DNA of 64,000 bases from ANME-2 cluster archaeon. Its GTDB lineage: Archaea > Halobacteriota > Methanosarcinia > Methanosarcinales > Methanocomedenaceae. The notes beneath the pieces are model-generated. The model was not told the DNA's origin and did not search any database. It saw only the letters and a list, made by a program, of their open reading frames with translations. Below are positions 31,101 to 39,826 of this stretch, piece by piece. The stretch covers positions 25,639-89,638 of the forward strand of contig JAAXOC010000110.1 of NCBI GenBank assembly GCA_014237145.1, written 5' to 3'. Positions within the stretch are counted from its first letter, which is position 1, and the number at the start of each line of letters is the position of its first letter. The translations under genes were made by a program, and so were the position numbers.

Positions 31101-31173
31101 CTACTACACCTTGGACTTGACAAATAATAAGAATTAAAAAAAATAGTGATTTTTTACTTAATGACATATTCAT
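28141..31173 (-). CDS. large single-pass membrane protein: extracellular multi-blade beta-propeller + TM + coiled coil + beta-sandwich domains + conserved module + zinc ribbon
   Basis: ORF 28141..31248; likely start MNMSLSKKSLFFLILIICQVQG (signal peptide); ~8 repeats of SxDGSYVAxG...LWNY; TM WLFIGVGAMIVLGGIVAVGKRRR; QQKAEQARKQRELEQLR coiled coil; IVCPLFKTEQD segment; C-term SNVERSTIGAGTKKCPNCGIEVEDEQKFCLECGAKL. Confidence 0.7.
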   Translation of the reverse strand: MNMSLSKKSLFFLILIICQVQGVVATEPIDYFDWNYELDQIAWDVAMSADGSYIAVGSGDSYGEQMGNVILLNNNGEKLWNYKMEYAVWDVAISDDGSYVAAGVGWDNNNVYLFNLDGEKLWNYNISDKVNGIAMSSDGAYVAVGSGDWRNHPNGTIYLFNLNGEILWTYDTVHEVDDIAISADGSSIAAVMDSDIYLFNGDGKKLWNYDLYAINDDRSVQKISISADGSYVAAGGTNGNIYLLDHNGAELWNYNAKKDFWGNIKHEDIWGVSISTDGSFVAAGGNGGLVHFFNRNGKKLWTYNTPFFVHSVSTSPDGSFLAVGGNGVHLLNVNSIPATSDINDTNWLFIGVGAMIVLGGIVAVGKRRRMAPEVIQTSSQKSHKPAKRSALEPNFIPTKNYSPLEKAKSAIQDVEIDLQDAMNRGVNIQQSIQQLLQDARKEVDAGHFATAKEYAHKCSENINIAVKDYEQQKAEQARKQRELEQLRTDTAEKIKIAKNSLEKAKKLGVTVQSGEELNTKAQSAFDANDYNSAISYANKSRGTTEQLIDESKPSISIELPPKMEYKAWKHRDLIVTNKGTAHAVAITITFLTALEVRDFKIIKRLEAGKQKTINVNIKPTEKGEVPVDYVVEFKDILDRVYKTEDTAIIQISTDIETAGESVTSPSEKVMTDSNKFVVLRKDDFFNGFIRLKISVQNKMQLTATDVSLDIEHDENVLRFDHHEPNTYAMKKEKIQLGNIASNGDKTIVLYFEGLICSKGGVINCRIDYKDAYGKPDLVRMEPVKIPIVCPLFKTEQDINIGRLKELVASLPAQSSKEFLLPSGVSINKALTLCREVIQMHDVRHVRTFKTTDDKTYETWYYGKTKVKMIDLVIKASVSKETERIEIFVAAPDQEDIIGLFAELGRNFSKRGEALGKLAPVFNVSIKDSQIMRSNLLGACDINGICDGNVVIEDSWVRRSSIANNANNVSIHIKDSNVERSTIGAGTKKCPNCGIEVEDEQKFCLECGAKL

Positions 31174-31346
31174 AATACCCCATGAAGTTGGTTTAATTTC
31201 AAGTCTTATTATGTTCTTCCCACAGTTTATACACTTGCGGACACCCATACCAATATTTAACCGTTAGATGTCGTATATTTTACTTAAAAACACGTGTTTA
31301 CTACCAATATATAGATTTATTTCCAAATATCAATACCCTTTTTTTT

Positions 31347-32654
31347 TCAATCCATCTTCCCCCCACACTCCCCACAGAACTTCGCCTGCACCGGCACCAT
31401 AGCCCCGCAGTGTGGACACTTCCTCAACTTCGCACCAGAACTTGCACCTACCCCTGCCGATACCGGCTTGGCCGCATCCATCAATTTAGCATCCAGTTCC
31501 TGCCTTCGGTAAGCATCCTTGCGCTCCCTGTCCTCAACCCCCTTCATAAACTCAACCTTTTCATCTTTCGCTTTTGCCTCGCTTTCCCTAACCTTAGCCA
31601 GCGCCTCGATCTGCTCCGCCGAAAGATTACTCAACTCACGCCCTTCACTAATAGTCTTCGCAACATCGGCACCGTCCGCCTCAGTAACAGTCTTCATATA
31701 CTCCATATCCCGGCCGTGCTCTCTATCCTTCATATCCTGCTCAACCTCAAGCTCGGCACGCATACCCCTGGCCTTTGAAAGGTGCATCTCCTCCTTTAGC
31801 TTCAATGCCTCACGGGCCGCCTTGATATCTGCCTCGTCCTCTCGCTGCTCTCTTTCAATCTGTGCCCGAACATCTTTAAGCTCCTGCTCCCGCCTGAAAT
31901 CCTTTTCAACTGATATGGGAGCATGTCTGGCCCGTACTCCAGCCACATCCACCCTGCCTTCCCTTTCCAGTCCCCCCTCCTTCGAGATAGTATCAAGTTC
32001 AGCCAGTTCTTCCCCTGTCTGGAACTCCTGGTGAGCTTCAAGTATAGTCTTGTATTCGCCAAGGTCCCACTCTGCCGTATGTTTCAACAGTTCCAGGCCC
32101 CACATATCCAGTGTCTGTTCAAGCTGGGATTCCAGTTCATTCTCGATTGTGATCTGCAAGTCCCGGTTGCCGTATATATCTTCCATAGGCATACGGCTGA
32201 TCTCAGGTTCAAGTACCCGTGTCAATACCTCGCTCTGCAGGCGTGCGTATATATCCCGGACTCCAAGGGCACGTTCACCTTTCTTATCAGTAGTTGAATA
32301 AGCATATACCATTGAAAAGAACCGTTTTATATCCCCTATCTTGAAACGAATTAACCCGCTGCAACCAAGTTTCTGTTTATCTGCTGTCCAGAGTTCACCC
32401 ATGTTCCAGTTAAGGTCTTTGGGCGAAGTGTCCATTATGACTACATCCACGTCCTTTAAAAAATTCCCGGGTTTCAGCAATCCGCCGACACGGATCTTCC
32501 CGCTGTCCAGTACATCTGTTACCTCGCCGTTCTTGACTATCACAGCTTTTTCATTAGGCTGGATGATCAGGTCCTTTTTAAGGATACCACCCACCTGGTT
32601 TTTCGGTATATTCCTGGCAATATCACTTACATCTCGCAACCATTTCCGGGCCAT
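31347..32654 (-). CDS. SPFH/band-7 (flotillin-like) domain protein with long coiled coil and C-terminal zinc ribbon
   Basis: 435 aa; N-terminal SPFH-like segment (NEKAVIVKNGEVTDVLDSGKIRV...DVDVVIMDTSPKDLNWN...LIRFKIGDIKRFF), E/R/K-rich coiled coil, tail KCPHCGAMVPVQAKFCGECGGKMD; no TM helix. Confidence 0.6.
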   Translation of the reverse strand: MARKWLRDVSDIARNIPKNQVGGILKKDLIIQPNEKAVIVKNGEVTDVLDSGKIRVGGLLKPGNFLKDVDVVIMDTSPKDLNWNMGELWTADKQKLGCSGLIRFKIGDIKRFFSMVYAYSTTDKKGERALGVRDIYARLQSEVLTRVLEPEISRMPMEDIYGNRDLQITIENELESQLEQTLDMWGLELLKHTAEWDLGEYKTILEAHQEFQTGEELAELDTISKEGGLEREGRVDVAGVRARHAPISVEKDFRREQELKDVRAQIEREQREDEADIKAAREALKLKEEMHLSKARGMRAELEVEQDMKDREHGRDMEYMKTVTEADGADVAKTISEGRELSNLSAEQIEALAKVRESEAKAKDEKVEFMKGVEDRERKDAYRRQELDAKLMDAAKPVSAGVGASSGAKLRKCPHCGAMVPVQAKFCGECGGKMD

Positions 32655-32776
32655 TCTCTGTAAACCTCCTTGATATTATTAATGAGAAAATATTATATAT
32701 AATGTTTTCTATTGTATACAATTGAAGACAAGGAGGTAGTCACATCACCATAAGATCACATGCAATCAGTGCAAGG

Positions 32777-32902
32777 GTGTCCGGGGACCTGAAAAATTAC
32801 CTCGATGCTCTTGTCGAACGCGGAATTGCAATAAACACCTCTGAGGCTGTCAAGATATGTATCAGGTATGCTAAACAAAAAAAGATGGAGGAGGAACTTT
32901 AA
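32777..32902 (+). CDS. possible small ribbon-helix-helix (CopG/Arc-like) protein, start uncertain
   Basis: Unlisted ORF (<60 aa): (ITIRSHAIS)ARVSGDLKNYLDALVERGIAINTSEAVKICIRYAKQKKMEEEL* ends one codon before the ESCRT-III-like gene; only in-frame canonical start is GTG at 32777, which would truncate the beta-strand, so it may be non-canonical or decayed. Confidence 0.3.
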   Translation: MSGDLKNYLDALVERGIAINTSEAVKICIRYAKQKKMEEEL

Positions 32903-33460
32903 ATGGGATTGTTAAGTAAAAAAATATCACCGGATGAACTGAAAACAAAATTGTCTATCCACGAGCAGCGGCTCACAGCCAGGGAAAACGAACTAAAGAA
33001 AAAGAAAGACAGATCCAGGGAAGAGTCAAAACAGGCCCTGGCGTCCGGTAACGACAGAGAGTACAGGGTATCTTCACGCAGGTACAGCATGCTTGACGGG
33101 CAGGTCGGCACCATAAGCAATATGGTGGAGATGGCACAGAGCATGACCGATGTCATAGAAATGCAGCAGGGTCTGAAAGAAGTAGTGGAGATCGGGAACG
33201 ACCTGGGCAAATACCAGAAGCAGCTGGGTATCAATACCGGACAACTTGAAGGTGCTATCACAAATATCAGGACAAGCATGGAGAAGGTCAACGTTGCTAC
33301 TAACACCATGACATCAGCCATGGATGCAGCTATGAGCGGGGGCCAGGAACTGACTGATGTGCAGGACAGTTTAAGAGCCGAACTGATGGCTGAGATCGAA
33401 GGCGATTCAGTCGATAAGCAGGAACTGGACAAGCAGATCAAGGAAGAGTTGAAGCAGTAA
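32903..33460 (+). CDS. ESCRT-III family protein (Snf7/CHMP-like)
   Basis: 185 aa; N-terminus MGLLSKKISPDELKTKLSIHEQRL... closely parallels CHMP2 (MDLLFGRRKTPEELLRQNQRALNRAMRELDRE...); basic N-half, acidic C-half, all coiled coil. Confidence 0.7.
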   Translation: MGLLSKKISPDELKTKLSIHEQRLTARENELKKKKDRSREESKQALASGNDREYRVSSRRYSMLDGQVGTISNMVEMAQSMTDVIEMQQGLKEVVEIGNDLGKYQKQLGINTGQLEGAITNIRTSMEKVNVATNTMTSAMDAAMSGGQELTDVQDSLRAELMAEIEGDSVDKQELDKQIKEELKQ

Positions 33461-33509
33461 ATATTTCTGGGCGAATGCATTATTTGCTCCCTGGAAAGGA
33501 AAGTGGTCT

Positions 33510-33989
33510 ATGGCAAGCGATATTGACTTAGATAATGAAATATCTGTAACACCTGAACAGATCATCTGGATGTTAAGTTCATGTGACAAGGACTTTATTA
33601 TTGATATTCCAACCATATTGATCAACAATGCAGATCGAATTGATTTTAATGAATTGATCAATATTGCTTTTGAAGCTGGATCAGGTTACAGTTTACTTGC
33701 GCTTATCGATGTGGCAAATAAGTTGGAGCACAATGATGCTTTTTTCAAGGTACTGTCCCGGCAGTATCCTTCTAACATTGAGGGAAATGTAATTGAAGAT
33801 AATATTTTTCCAGTCCATAAGTTCAGGCAGCTGATAAAGCGGTCTTTTTTAGAGAGGATCGAGGAGCGGTGGAATGTTCGTATTGCTTTCACATTTGATG
33901 ATTTCTATAAAATATACCGTGACTATCATCTGCTGCCTGTGCATGGTGAGGGATTAAGGAAATATTTTGGTGATATTATTGAGATTTAA
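33510..33989 (+). CDS. hypothetical protein between ESCRT-III-like and Vps4-like genes
   Basis: 159 aa, acidic, no recognisable domain. Confidence 0.4.
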   Translation: MASDIDLDNEISVTPEQIIWMLSSCDKDFIIDIPTILINNADRIDFNELINIAFEAGSGYSLLALIDVANKLEHNDAFFKVLSRQYPSNIEGNVIEDNIFPVHKFRQLIKRSFLERIEERWNVRIAFTFDDFYKIYRDYHLLPVHGEGLRKYFGDIIEI

Positions 33990-34035
33990 AGCGAATCAAT
34001 TTCGGTATCAGAGAATCTAATGAAAATATTTACAT

Positions 34036-34170
34036 TATAGTCTACTGAATAACAATCAATAAAATATTAACCTCATATAAACGCGATAAACACAGATAGG
34101 ATGCAGCAAATCTGCGTTCATTTGCGTTTATCTGCGGTTCGATTTCCCATAAGTTTGGTGGGAGACTATA
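34036..34170. mobile_element. ~135-bp MITE-like element, copy 1 (TIR tatagtct / agactata; palindromic core ataaacacagat...gcgttcatttgcgtttatctgcggtt)
   Basis: Inverted termini tatagtct (34036-34043) and agactata (34163-34170); core shares ataaacacagat, gcgttcatYtgcg and atctgcggtt with the copy at 59241-59373. Confidence 0.6.
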
Positions 34171-34230
34171 ATACTCACGACAGTATCGTTTAGAAAAGCA
34201 ATTTAAAGAAATACAAATAAGGAATAAAAA

Positions 34231-35373
34231 ATGCCCACATCATCATCCCTCTCTGCCGAAGCCCGTGGCCTTGCAAAAGCAGCAAAAACAGCAGAGCAGG
34301 CTGGAAATATCGAAAAAGCACGTTCACTATACCTCAAGGCAGCAGACAAGTTCAACCAGGCCTCCTCCCTTAACCCTGAGAAGCTGGATAAGAACACCCA
34401 ACACGGTCTGGCAAAACATTTCTATGAACACGGCCGCTCGCTGGGCAAACAACCAGCTTCAATTGGAGGCAGTTCCGGGTCACTGGACGAACCCATTCTC
34501 TCAAAAGATGAACTGATAGTAAGTGAAAAACCCGACATCGGATTTAGTGACATAGGCGGCCTTGATAGCGTAAAAGAAGATATGAAAAAAGCCATCATCT
34601 ATCCCTTCACGCATAAAAAACTCTACGATTACTATAATCAAAAACCAGGTGGGGGCGTACTTCTCTACGGACCGCCCGGGTGTGGCAAGACCATGATCGC
34701 AAAAGCAGCAGCATCCGAGTGTGATGCTGATTTCATCAATGTTGAGACCAGTACCATAATGAGCAAATGGGTCGGTGAATCCGAAAAAAGCATTAAACAG
34801 GTATTCTCGATTGCCAGGGAATGCAACCGTGCGATCATATTTTTCGATGAGTTCGATGCAGTGGCTGGAAGACGCGGGGAGTTAGAGGATTATGCCAAGC
34901 GCATAGTCAATGAACTGCTCCAGCAGATGGACGGCATGGACAAAAATGATAACATCCTTGTGCTTGCAGCAACCAACGAACCGTGGGCTATCGATCCTGC
35001 ACTACGCCGTCCCGGCAGGTTTAAAAAACTGATATTCATACCACCACCCGACCTTGAAGCAAGAAAAGCGATATTCAATATTTATCTTCAAAAACTTCCA
35101 CTCGAAAACAATGTAGACGCTGGAACTCTGTCAAATAAGACAGATATGTATTCAGGAGCAGATATAAAGGCCATTTGTGACGATGCGGCAGAGATACCAT
35201 TACAGGAAGCATTGGAAGGGAAAGAAGCTAGGAAGATAGCTCTAAATGATTTTAGTACTGTACTCTCAAGTAGAAGGTCTTCCATCATACCATGGCAGAG
35301 GCTGGCAGTGGAGCAGGTAAGGAAAAGCGGTGAGGAAAATATTTTCAAAGAGATTATCGAACTTGAAAAATAA
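34231..35373 (+). CDS. Vps4/CdvC-like AAA+ ATPase with N-terminal MIT domain
   Basis: 380 aa; N-terminal three-helix MIT-like region (AEARGLAKAAKTAEQAGNIEKARSLYLKAADKFNQA), Walker A LLYGPPGCGKTM, Walker B IIFFDEFD, second region of homology, Vps4-type C-terminal helix. Confidence 0.8.
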   Translation: MPTSSSLSAEARGLAKAAKTAEQAGNIEKARSLYLKAADKFNQASSLNPEKLDKNTQHGLAKHFYEHGRSLGKQPASIGGSSGSLDEPILSKDELIVSEKPDIGFSDIGGLDSVKEDMKKAIIYPFTHKKLYDYYNQKPGGGVLLYGPPGCGKTMIAKAAASECDADFINVETSTIMSKWVGESEKSIKQVFSIARECNRAIIFFDEFDAVAGRRGELEDYAKRIVNELLQQMDGMDKNDNILVLAATNEPWAIDPALRRPGRFKKLIFIPPPDLEARKAIFNIYLQKLPLENNVDAGTLSNKTDMYSGADIKAICDDAAEIPLQEALEGKEARKIALNDFSTVLSSRRSSIIPWQRLAVEQVRKSGEENIFKEIIELEK

Positions 35374-36004
35374 AACCTGAAAGTTGATGACATAATATTC
35401 CCGTGTGGACATTACTTCTCCTTTTTTGCAATACTCCCTATTCCCATCCACTCCCCGGCTCATGGACAGCAGGTATATTCATTCATTCAGCCGGCGTAAT
35501 ATTCCTCCATTTCCTGCCCTCCGAACCCATGCTACCCATACTACTCGAATCCACAAGGCTGGCTGCTGGTCAGTTGCACAGGGCGGGCGTCAGGTGAAGT
35601 GCAGCTAAAGTTTAGTTTTACCATGAAAAGCACTCACTGTAAATGTCACCGATTAAGAAGGAATCAGGTAAGGTTAAAGAGCAAAAGGCTGATGCAGACC
35701 GGGAATTTCTTGAACAGATGAAACAGCGGAGCACATTAATAGTATGTATTGATACCAATATTGCCATTTATATTTTGTATCTAATATTTGCTTACGTGGA
35801 TGCCTCATTTTATTGATACAGAAATTATATTGACGCCATAGGCTTAAACAGGTTAACGAAAGAAAACTTAATAAACTATAATGTTTAATATACATATTGG
35901 CAAAAGTCGAGTATGATTTATCCCCTCATATCCCGTTCATAAACTTGGCTTTTGCCCTCTTTTCCAATATATTATTTTCACATTCATTCTGTGAGTACGG
36001 ATTG

Positions 36005-36877
36005 TTACAACAGGCCGTAATGTTCAATGTTCCAGTTGGCAATATCCTGTATCTTGGATATCTCCTCTTTTCCGCCTTCCATTGTGAACAAGTGCTTGAA
36101 CCTACCCTGTGCTTTGAGGTATTCTTCCACAGGCTTTGGCTTTTTTACCTTCCTGACTGAAGTTATCTCACCATCTTCTACCTCGTACAAAGGCCACAGT
36201 GCAGTCTCGACTGCCAGTTTACCGATCTCCACAGTCTTAGAGGTATCAAACCTCCAGCCCGTTGCACAAGGAGCATGGGCATGGATATAAGTAGCCCCCT
36301 CAATGTCCACTGCCTTTTTGACCTTGCGCATCATATCCTTTGGATAGGAGATAGACGTGGTGGCCACATAAGGCGAACCGTGGGCAAGTATAATGGCAGG
36401 CATGTTCTTCTTGGGCCTGGAGTTGCCAAAACTCTGGCTGCCAGGCGGGCTGGTTGAAGTTGAAGCATTAAATGGAGTGGCTCCACTGCGCTGTACACCT
36501 GTGTTCATGTATGCCTCGTTATCGATACACACATAGGTGATATCGTCACCGCGCTCGAAAGCCCCTGATATTCCAAGTATTCCTATATCCACTGTAGCGC
36601 CGTCGCCACCCATGGCTATGACTTTTGTATCACCTTTACGTCCAAGTGCCCGCAAGGCCGCCTCAATACCCGAAGCTACAGATGCGGTGTTCTCGAACAA
36701 TGAATGTATCCAGGGCACTTCCCAGGCTGATTCAGGGTACGGTGTGGTCATCACTTCCAGACAGCCGGTGGGATTTACAACTATGGCATCGTATCCTACC
36801 GCTTCCAGTACGAAATTTGCTGCCATTGCATCGCAACAGCCCGCGCATCCCCTATGTCCAGGTGCCAGTCTGCTCAT
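36005..36877 (-). CDS. porB: pyruvate:ferredoxin oxidoreductase beta subunit (TPP-binding)
   Basis: 290 aa; GHRGCAGC and GGDG TPP/Mg-binding motifs. Confidence 0.9.
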   Translation of the reverse strand: MSRLAPGHRGCAGCCDAMAANFVLEAVGYDAIVVNPTGCLEVMTTPYPESAWEVPWIHSLFENTASVASGIEAALRALGRKGDTKVIAMGGDGATVDIGILGISGAFERGDDITYVCIDNEAYMNTGVQRSGATPFNASTSTSPPGSQSFGNSRPKKNMPAIILAHGSPYVATTSISYPKDMMRKVKKAVDIEGATYIHAHAPCATGWRFDTSKTVEIGKLAVETALWPLYEVEDGEITSVRKVKKPKPVEEYLKAQGRFKHLFTMEGGKEEISKIQDIANWNIEHYGLL

Positions 36878-38067
36878 AAGAGTTCACCTCGCAGATCAGC
36901 ATATTCACTTTCAACCTTAATACCGGATTTTATAGCCTGTGCGGCCTTATCAATGATCATTTGAATGGTGCTCATCGGAATATCCCGCCCGCCGTGTCCC
37001 AGCATGAAACCCATCACAGGTACATTGATATCTGTATTATATAAGCAGGATTTAACCTCGGTAAACAAGGCACCTTCGTTCAGGCCAACTGAAATGTTCT
37101 TATCCAGGGTCACGACTATGGCAGCATCTGAGATCGCACTAGGTATGACTTCCACCGGGAAAGGCCTAAATGTCCTGACCTTGATCAGGCCCACCTTGAT
37201 ACCCTGGCTGCGGGCTTTATCAATTACATCCTTAATAGTGCCCACCACCGAGCCCATTGCCATTAACAGGATCTCGGCATCCTCTGCCATATATGGTTCA
37301 ATGAGTCCGCCGTAGTAACGGCCGAATATCGTCTTGAAATCCTCGGCAGCCTTCTCTATCTTACCAAGGGCTACATCCATTCCTTTTTGTTGCAGGTACC
37401 TGAATTCCGTATAGGCGGACGGATCAGCAAAAGTGCCAAATGACAATGGGTTACGGGTGTCAAGCACATGCTCCGGGTCATAGGTAGGCAGGAACTCATC
37501 AGTCAGGTCCTGCTCAAGTAATATCACAGGTTCAAATACATGTGAAAGGATGAAACCGTCCATGCAGACCATGGCTGGCAGCATGACATCTTTGTCCTCT
37601 GCTATTTTGAAGGACTGGGCTGTCATATCGCTCATTTCCTGGATATTTTCCGCATATAACTGTATCCAGCCCGTATCACGCTGGGATATGCTGTCCTGGT
37701 GATCATTCCATATACTGATGGGTGCACTCACGGCCCGGTTTACTACTGTCATAACAATCGGCAGTCGCATACCTGAAGCATTGAACAGCACTTCGTGCAT
37801 CAGTTCCAGTCCCTGGGAAGATGTGGACGAATATGTCCTGGCGCCCGTAGCACTGGCACCTACCAGTGCGGAAAGCGCAGAGAACTCGCTCTCTACATTT
37901 ATATATTCACAATTGGGTATTTTACCATCGGCCATGAACTGAGACAGGTCTTCTACGATATGGGTCTGTGGTGTGATGGGATATGCCGATATTACATTGG
38001 GCCTGCAAACCTTTACAGAATGGGCTATTGCATAAGAACCTTCTACCACTGTCATTTTACCAGACAT
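36874..38067 (-). CDS. porA: pyruvate:ferredoxin oxidoreductase alpha subunit
   Basis: 397 aa; 4-nt overlap with porB; typical PorA length and sequence. Confidence 0.9.
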   Translation of the reverse strand: MSGKMTVVEGSYAIAHSVKVCRPNVISAYPITPQTHIVEDLSQFMADGKIPNCEYINVESEFSALSALVGASATGARTYSSTSSQGLELMHEVLFNASGMRLPIVMTVVNRAVSAPISIWNDHQDSISQRDTGWIQLYAENIQEMSDMTAQSFKIAEDKDVMLPAMVCMDGFILSHVFEPVILLEQDLTDEFLPTYDPEHVLDTRNPLSFGTFADPSAYTEFRYLQQKGMDVALGKIEKAAEDFKTIFGRYYGGLIEPYMAEDAEILLMAMGSVVGTIKDVIDKARSQGIKVGLIKVRTFRPFPVEVIPSAISDAAIVVTLDKNISVGLNEGALFTEVKSCLYNTDINVPVMGFMLGHGGRDIPMSTIQMIIDKAAQAIKSGIKVESEYADLRGELL

Positions 38068-38068
38068 A

Positions 38069-38329
38069 TTATTTCTCCTCCAGCACCATTTCTATGGCAT
38101 CCTTGGGACATTCATTGGCACAGATGCCGCAGCCTTTACAGTAATCATAATCAAAGATAACGTACTTGTCTTCCTGCTCTTGGATACTGCTGTCCGGGCA
38201 TAACAATGAACACAGCCCGCATTTGACACACTTATCCTTATTGTACAGGGGCCTGAAATTCCTCCAGCCACCGGTCTTATTGACCCTGGTAGTACCGGGC
38301 TTTACAGCTCCACCGATCGTGACCTTCAT
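38069..38329 (-). CDS. porD: pyruvate:ferredoxin oxidoreductase delta subunit (2x[4Fe-4S])
   Basis: 86 aa; [12 protein letters not shown] and [12 protein letters not shown]. Confidence 0.9.
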   Translation of the reverse strand: MKVTIGGAVKPGTTRVNKTGGWRNFRPLYNKDKCVKCGLCSLLCPDSSIQEQEDKYVIFDYDYCKGCGICANECPKDAIEMVLEEK

Positions 38330-38871
38330 TGTCTCGCCTCCATGCGGAGATAAGCTTCAAGCACGGCCTGGGAATTCTTTTCGCCCACTTTACCGGGGAA
38401 GCGTTCAGCTACAGCATTCTGGATGCTTTTAACTTTGATTTCGCCTGTGGCGCCAGCAAAAGCACCCAGCAGAATGGTATTAACAATGGGACGGCCAATA
38501 ATGTCAAGGGCAATCCTGGTTGCATCTATTGTTATGACCTCTGCTTCTGTGTCAAGGTCAAAGGTATCAGGTGAAAACTCAGTGTTTATCAATATCTTAC
38601 CGTCAGGCTTAGCACCCGATGCCACGTCCACTGTCTCGATGAGTGTGGCATCCTGTACGATCACATAATCAGGTTCGTATATCTGGCTGCGAAGCCTGAT
38701 GGGTTGTTCGCTGATTCTTGTAAAAGCCATTATCGGAGCGCCCCTCCGCTCCACTCCGAAGGCAGGGAATGCCTGGGAATATTTTCCATCTTCAAATGCT
38801 GCAACTGCCAGCAGTTCGGCGGCAGTAACTGAACCCTGTCCTCCACGGCCATGGATACGTATTTCCTTCAA
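38326..38871 (-). CDS. porG: pyruvate:ferredoxin oxidoreductase gamma subunit
   Basis: 181 aa; HGRGGQG motif; first gene of porGDAB order on the minus strand. Confidence 0.9.
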   Translation of the reverse strand: MKEIRIHGRGGQGSVTAAELLAVAAFEDGKYSQAFPAFGVERRGAPIMAFTRISEQPIRLRSQIYEPDYVIVQDATLIETVDVASGAKPDGKILINTEFSPDTFDLDTEAEVITIDATRIALDIIGRPIVNTILLGAFAGATGEIKVKSIQNAVAERFPGKVGEKNSQAVLEAYLRMEARQ

Positions 38872-39050
38872 GTAAAGCTTCCTCCAAATTATTATAAAAT
38901 GTGTTGTTTTCTTAACAGATGATGATAAGTGATTCGTAATTGTTTAGTTATTATTTATTACTTATGATAGATTAAGGGACTTAGGGGGCTTAATGAACAA
39001 AAAGGTAATGTTCGAAATCTTTTTTAACACTTCTAACGTAACTTAGTCCA

Positions 39051-39716
39051 ATGCGACTTGACCTACACATCCATTCATGTTATTCCAAGGATTGCGCCTC
39101 ACCGGTAGCAGCAATCCTAAAACAGGCTATTAGGGCAGGACTTAACGGAATTGCTATTTGTGATCATGACACAGTGGAAGGATCGCTTGAAGCCAGGCGT
39201 CTGGTAGATGAGATGGGGCTTGACCTGGTGGTAATTCCCGGGATTGAAGTAACAACTAACCGTGGTCATCTGTTGGTATTGGGTGCAGATAAAGCGTTCC
39301 CAATAAATTCTGACCCAAACGACATTATTAAAATGGCCAGGGAGCGTGATTGTCTTATCGTGGCACCCCATCCCTACAAGGGCTACCCAAAAAGTTTAGG
39401 CGATGTATCTGACCTGGACGTGGATGCAATCGAGGTCCTGAACTCCAGGTTCATCCTTGGTAAATTCAATAAAAGGGCAGTGAAAATGGCAGAAGCCCTG
39501 GGTCTGCCTATGCTGGGCAACAGTGATGCTCATTTTGTAGAGATGGTGGGCAGGGCTTACACTGAAATTGACGCTAATCCGTCGGTTGAGGCCGTATTTA
39601 AAGCAATAATGGACAAAAAAACTGTGGTACATGGTACCAGGACTCCACTTGGAGTTCAGTTCTACCAAGCATGCCTGGGAGTTAAAAGAAGGATGCTGAA
39701 CCTTATATATGAATGA
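39051..39716 (+). CDS. PHP-domain metal-dependent phosphoesterase
   Basis: 221 aa; LHIHSCYSKDC and ICDHD PHP motifs. Confidence 0.75.
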   Translation: MRLDLHIHSCYSKDCASPVAAILKQAIRAGLNGIAICDHDTVEGSLEARRLVDEMGLDLVVIPGIEVTTNRGHLLVLGADKAFPINSDPNDIIKMARERDCLIVAPHPYKGYPKSLGDVSDLDVDAIEVLNSRFILGKFNKRAVKMAEALGLPMLGNSDAHFVEMVGRAYTEIDANPSVEAVFKAIMDKKTVVHGTRTPLGVQFYQACLGVKRRMLNLIYE

Positions 39717-39826
39717 AAGATGCTGAATAGTAATGACGGATAAAAGAAATCATTCATTGATCTAAAAACAATTTAAAAAAAAAGAAGGGAAGATAGAATA
39801 ACTATCTTCCGGATGGCAGTTAAAAT

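Noticed and set aside
31174-31248. N-terminal extension MGVRKCINCGKNIIRLEIKPTSWGI of the 1035-aa ORF containing a CxxC pair
   Set aside because: A typical signal peptide starts at the downstream Met (MNMSLSKKSLFFLILIICQVQG). The extension is most likely untranslated 5' sequence.
34130-34150. tRNA T-arm-like ggttcgatttcc
   Set aside because: It lies inside the MITE palindrome, and no acceptor or anticodon stems can be drawn around it.
35674-36160. ORFs 35674..35895 (-) and 35897..36160 (+) in the convergent gap between the Vps4-like and porB genes
   Set aside because: They are short and AT-rich, have no RBS or domain signal, and the second overlaps the porB 3' end.
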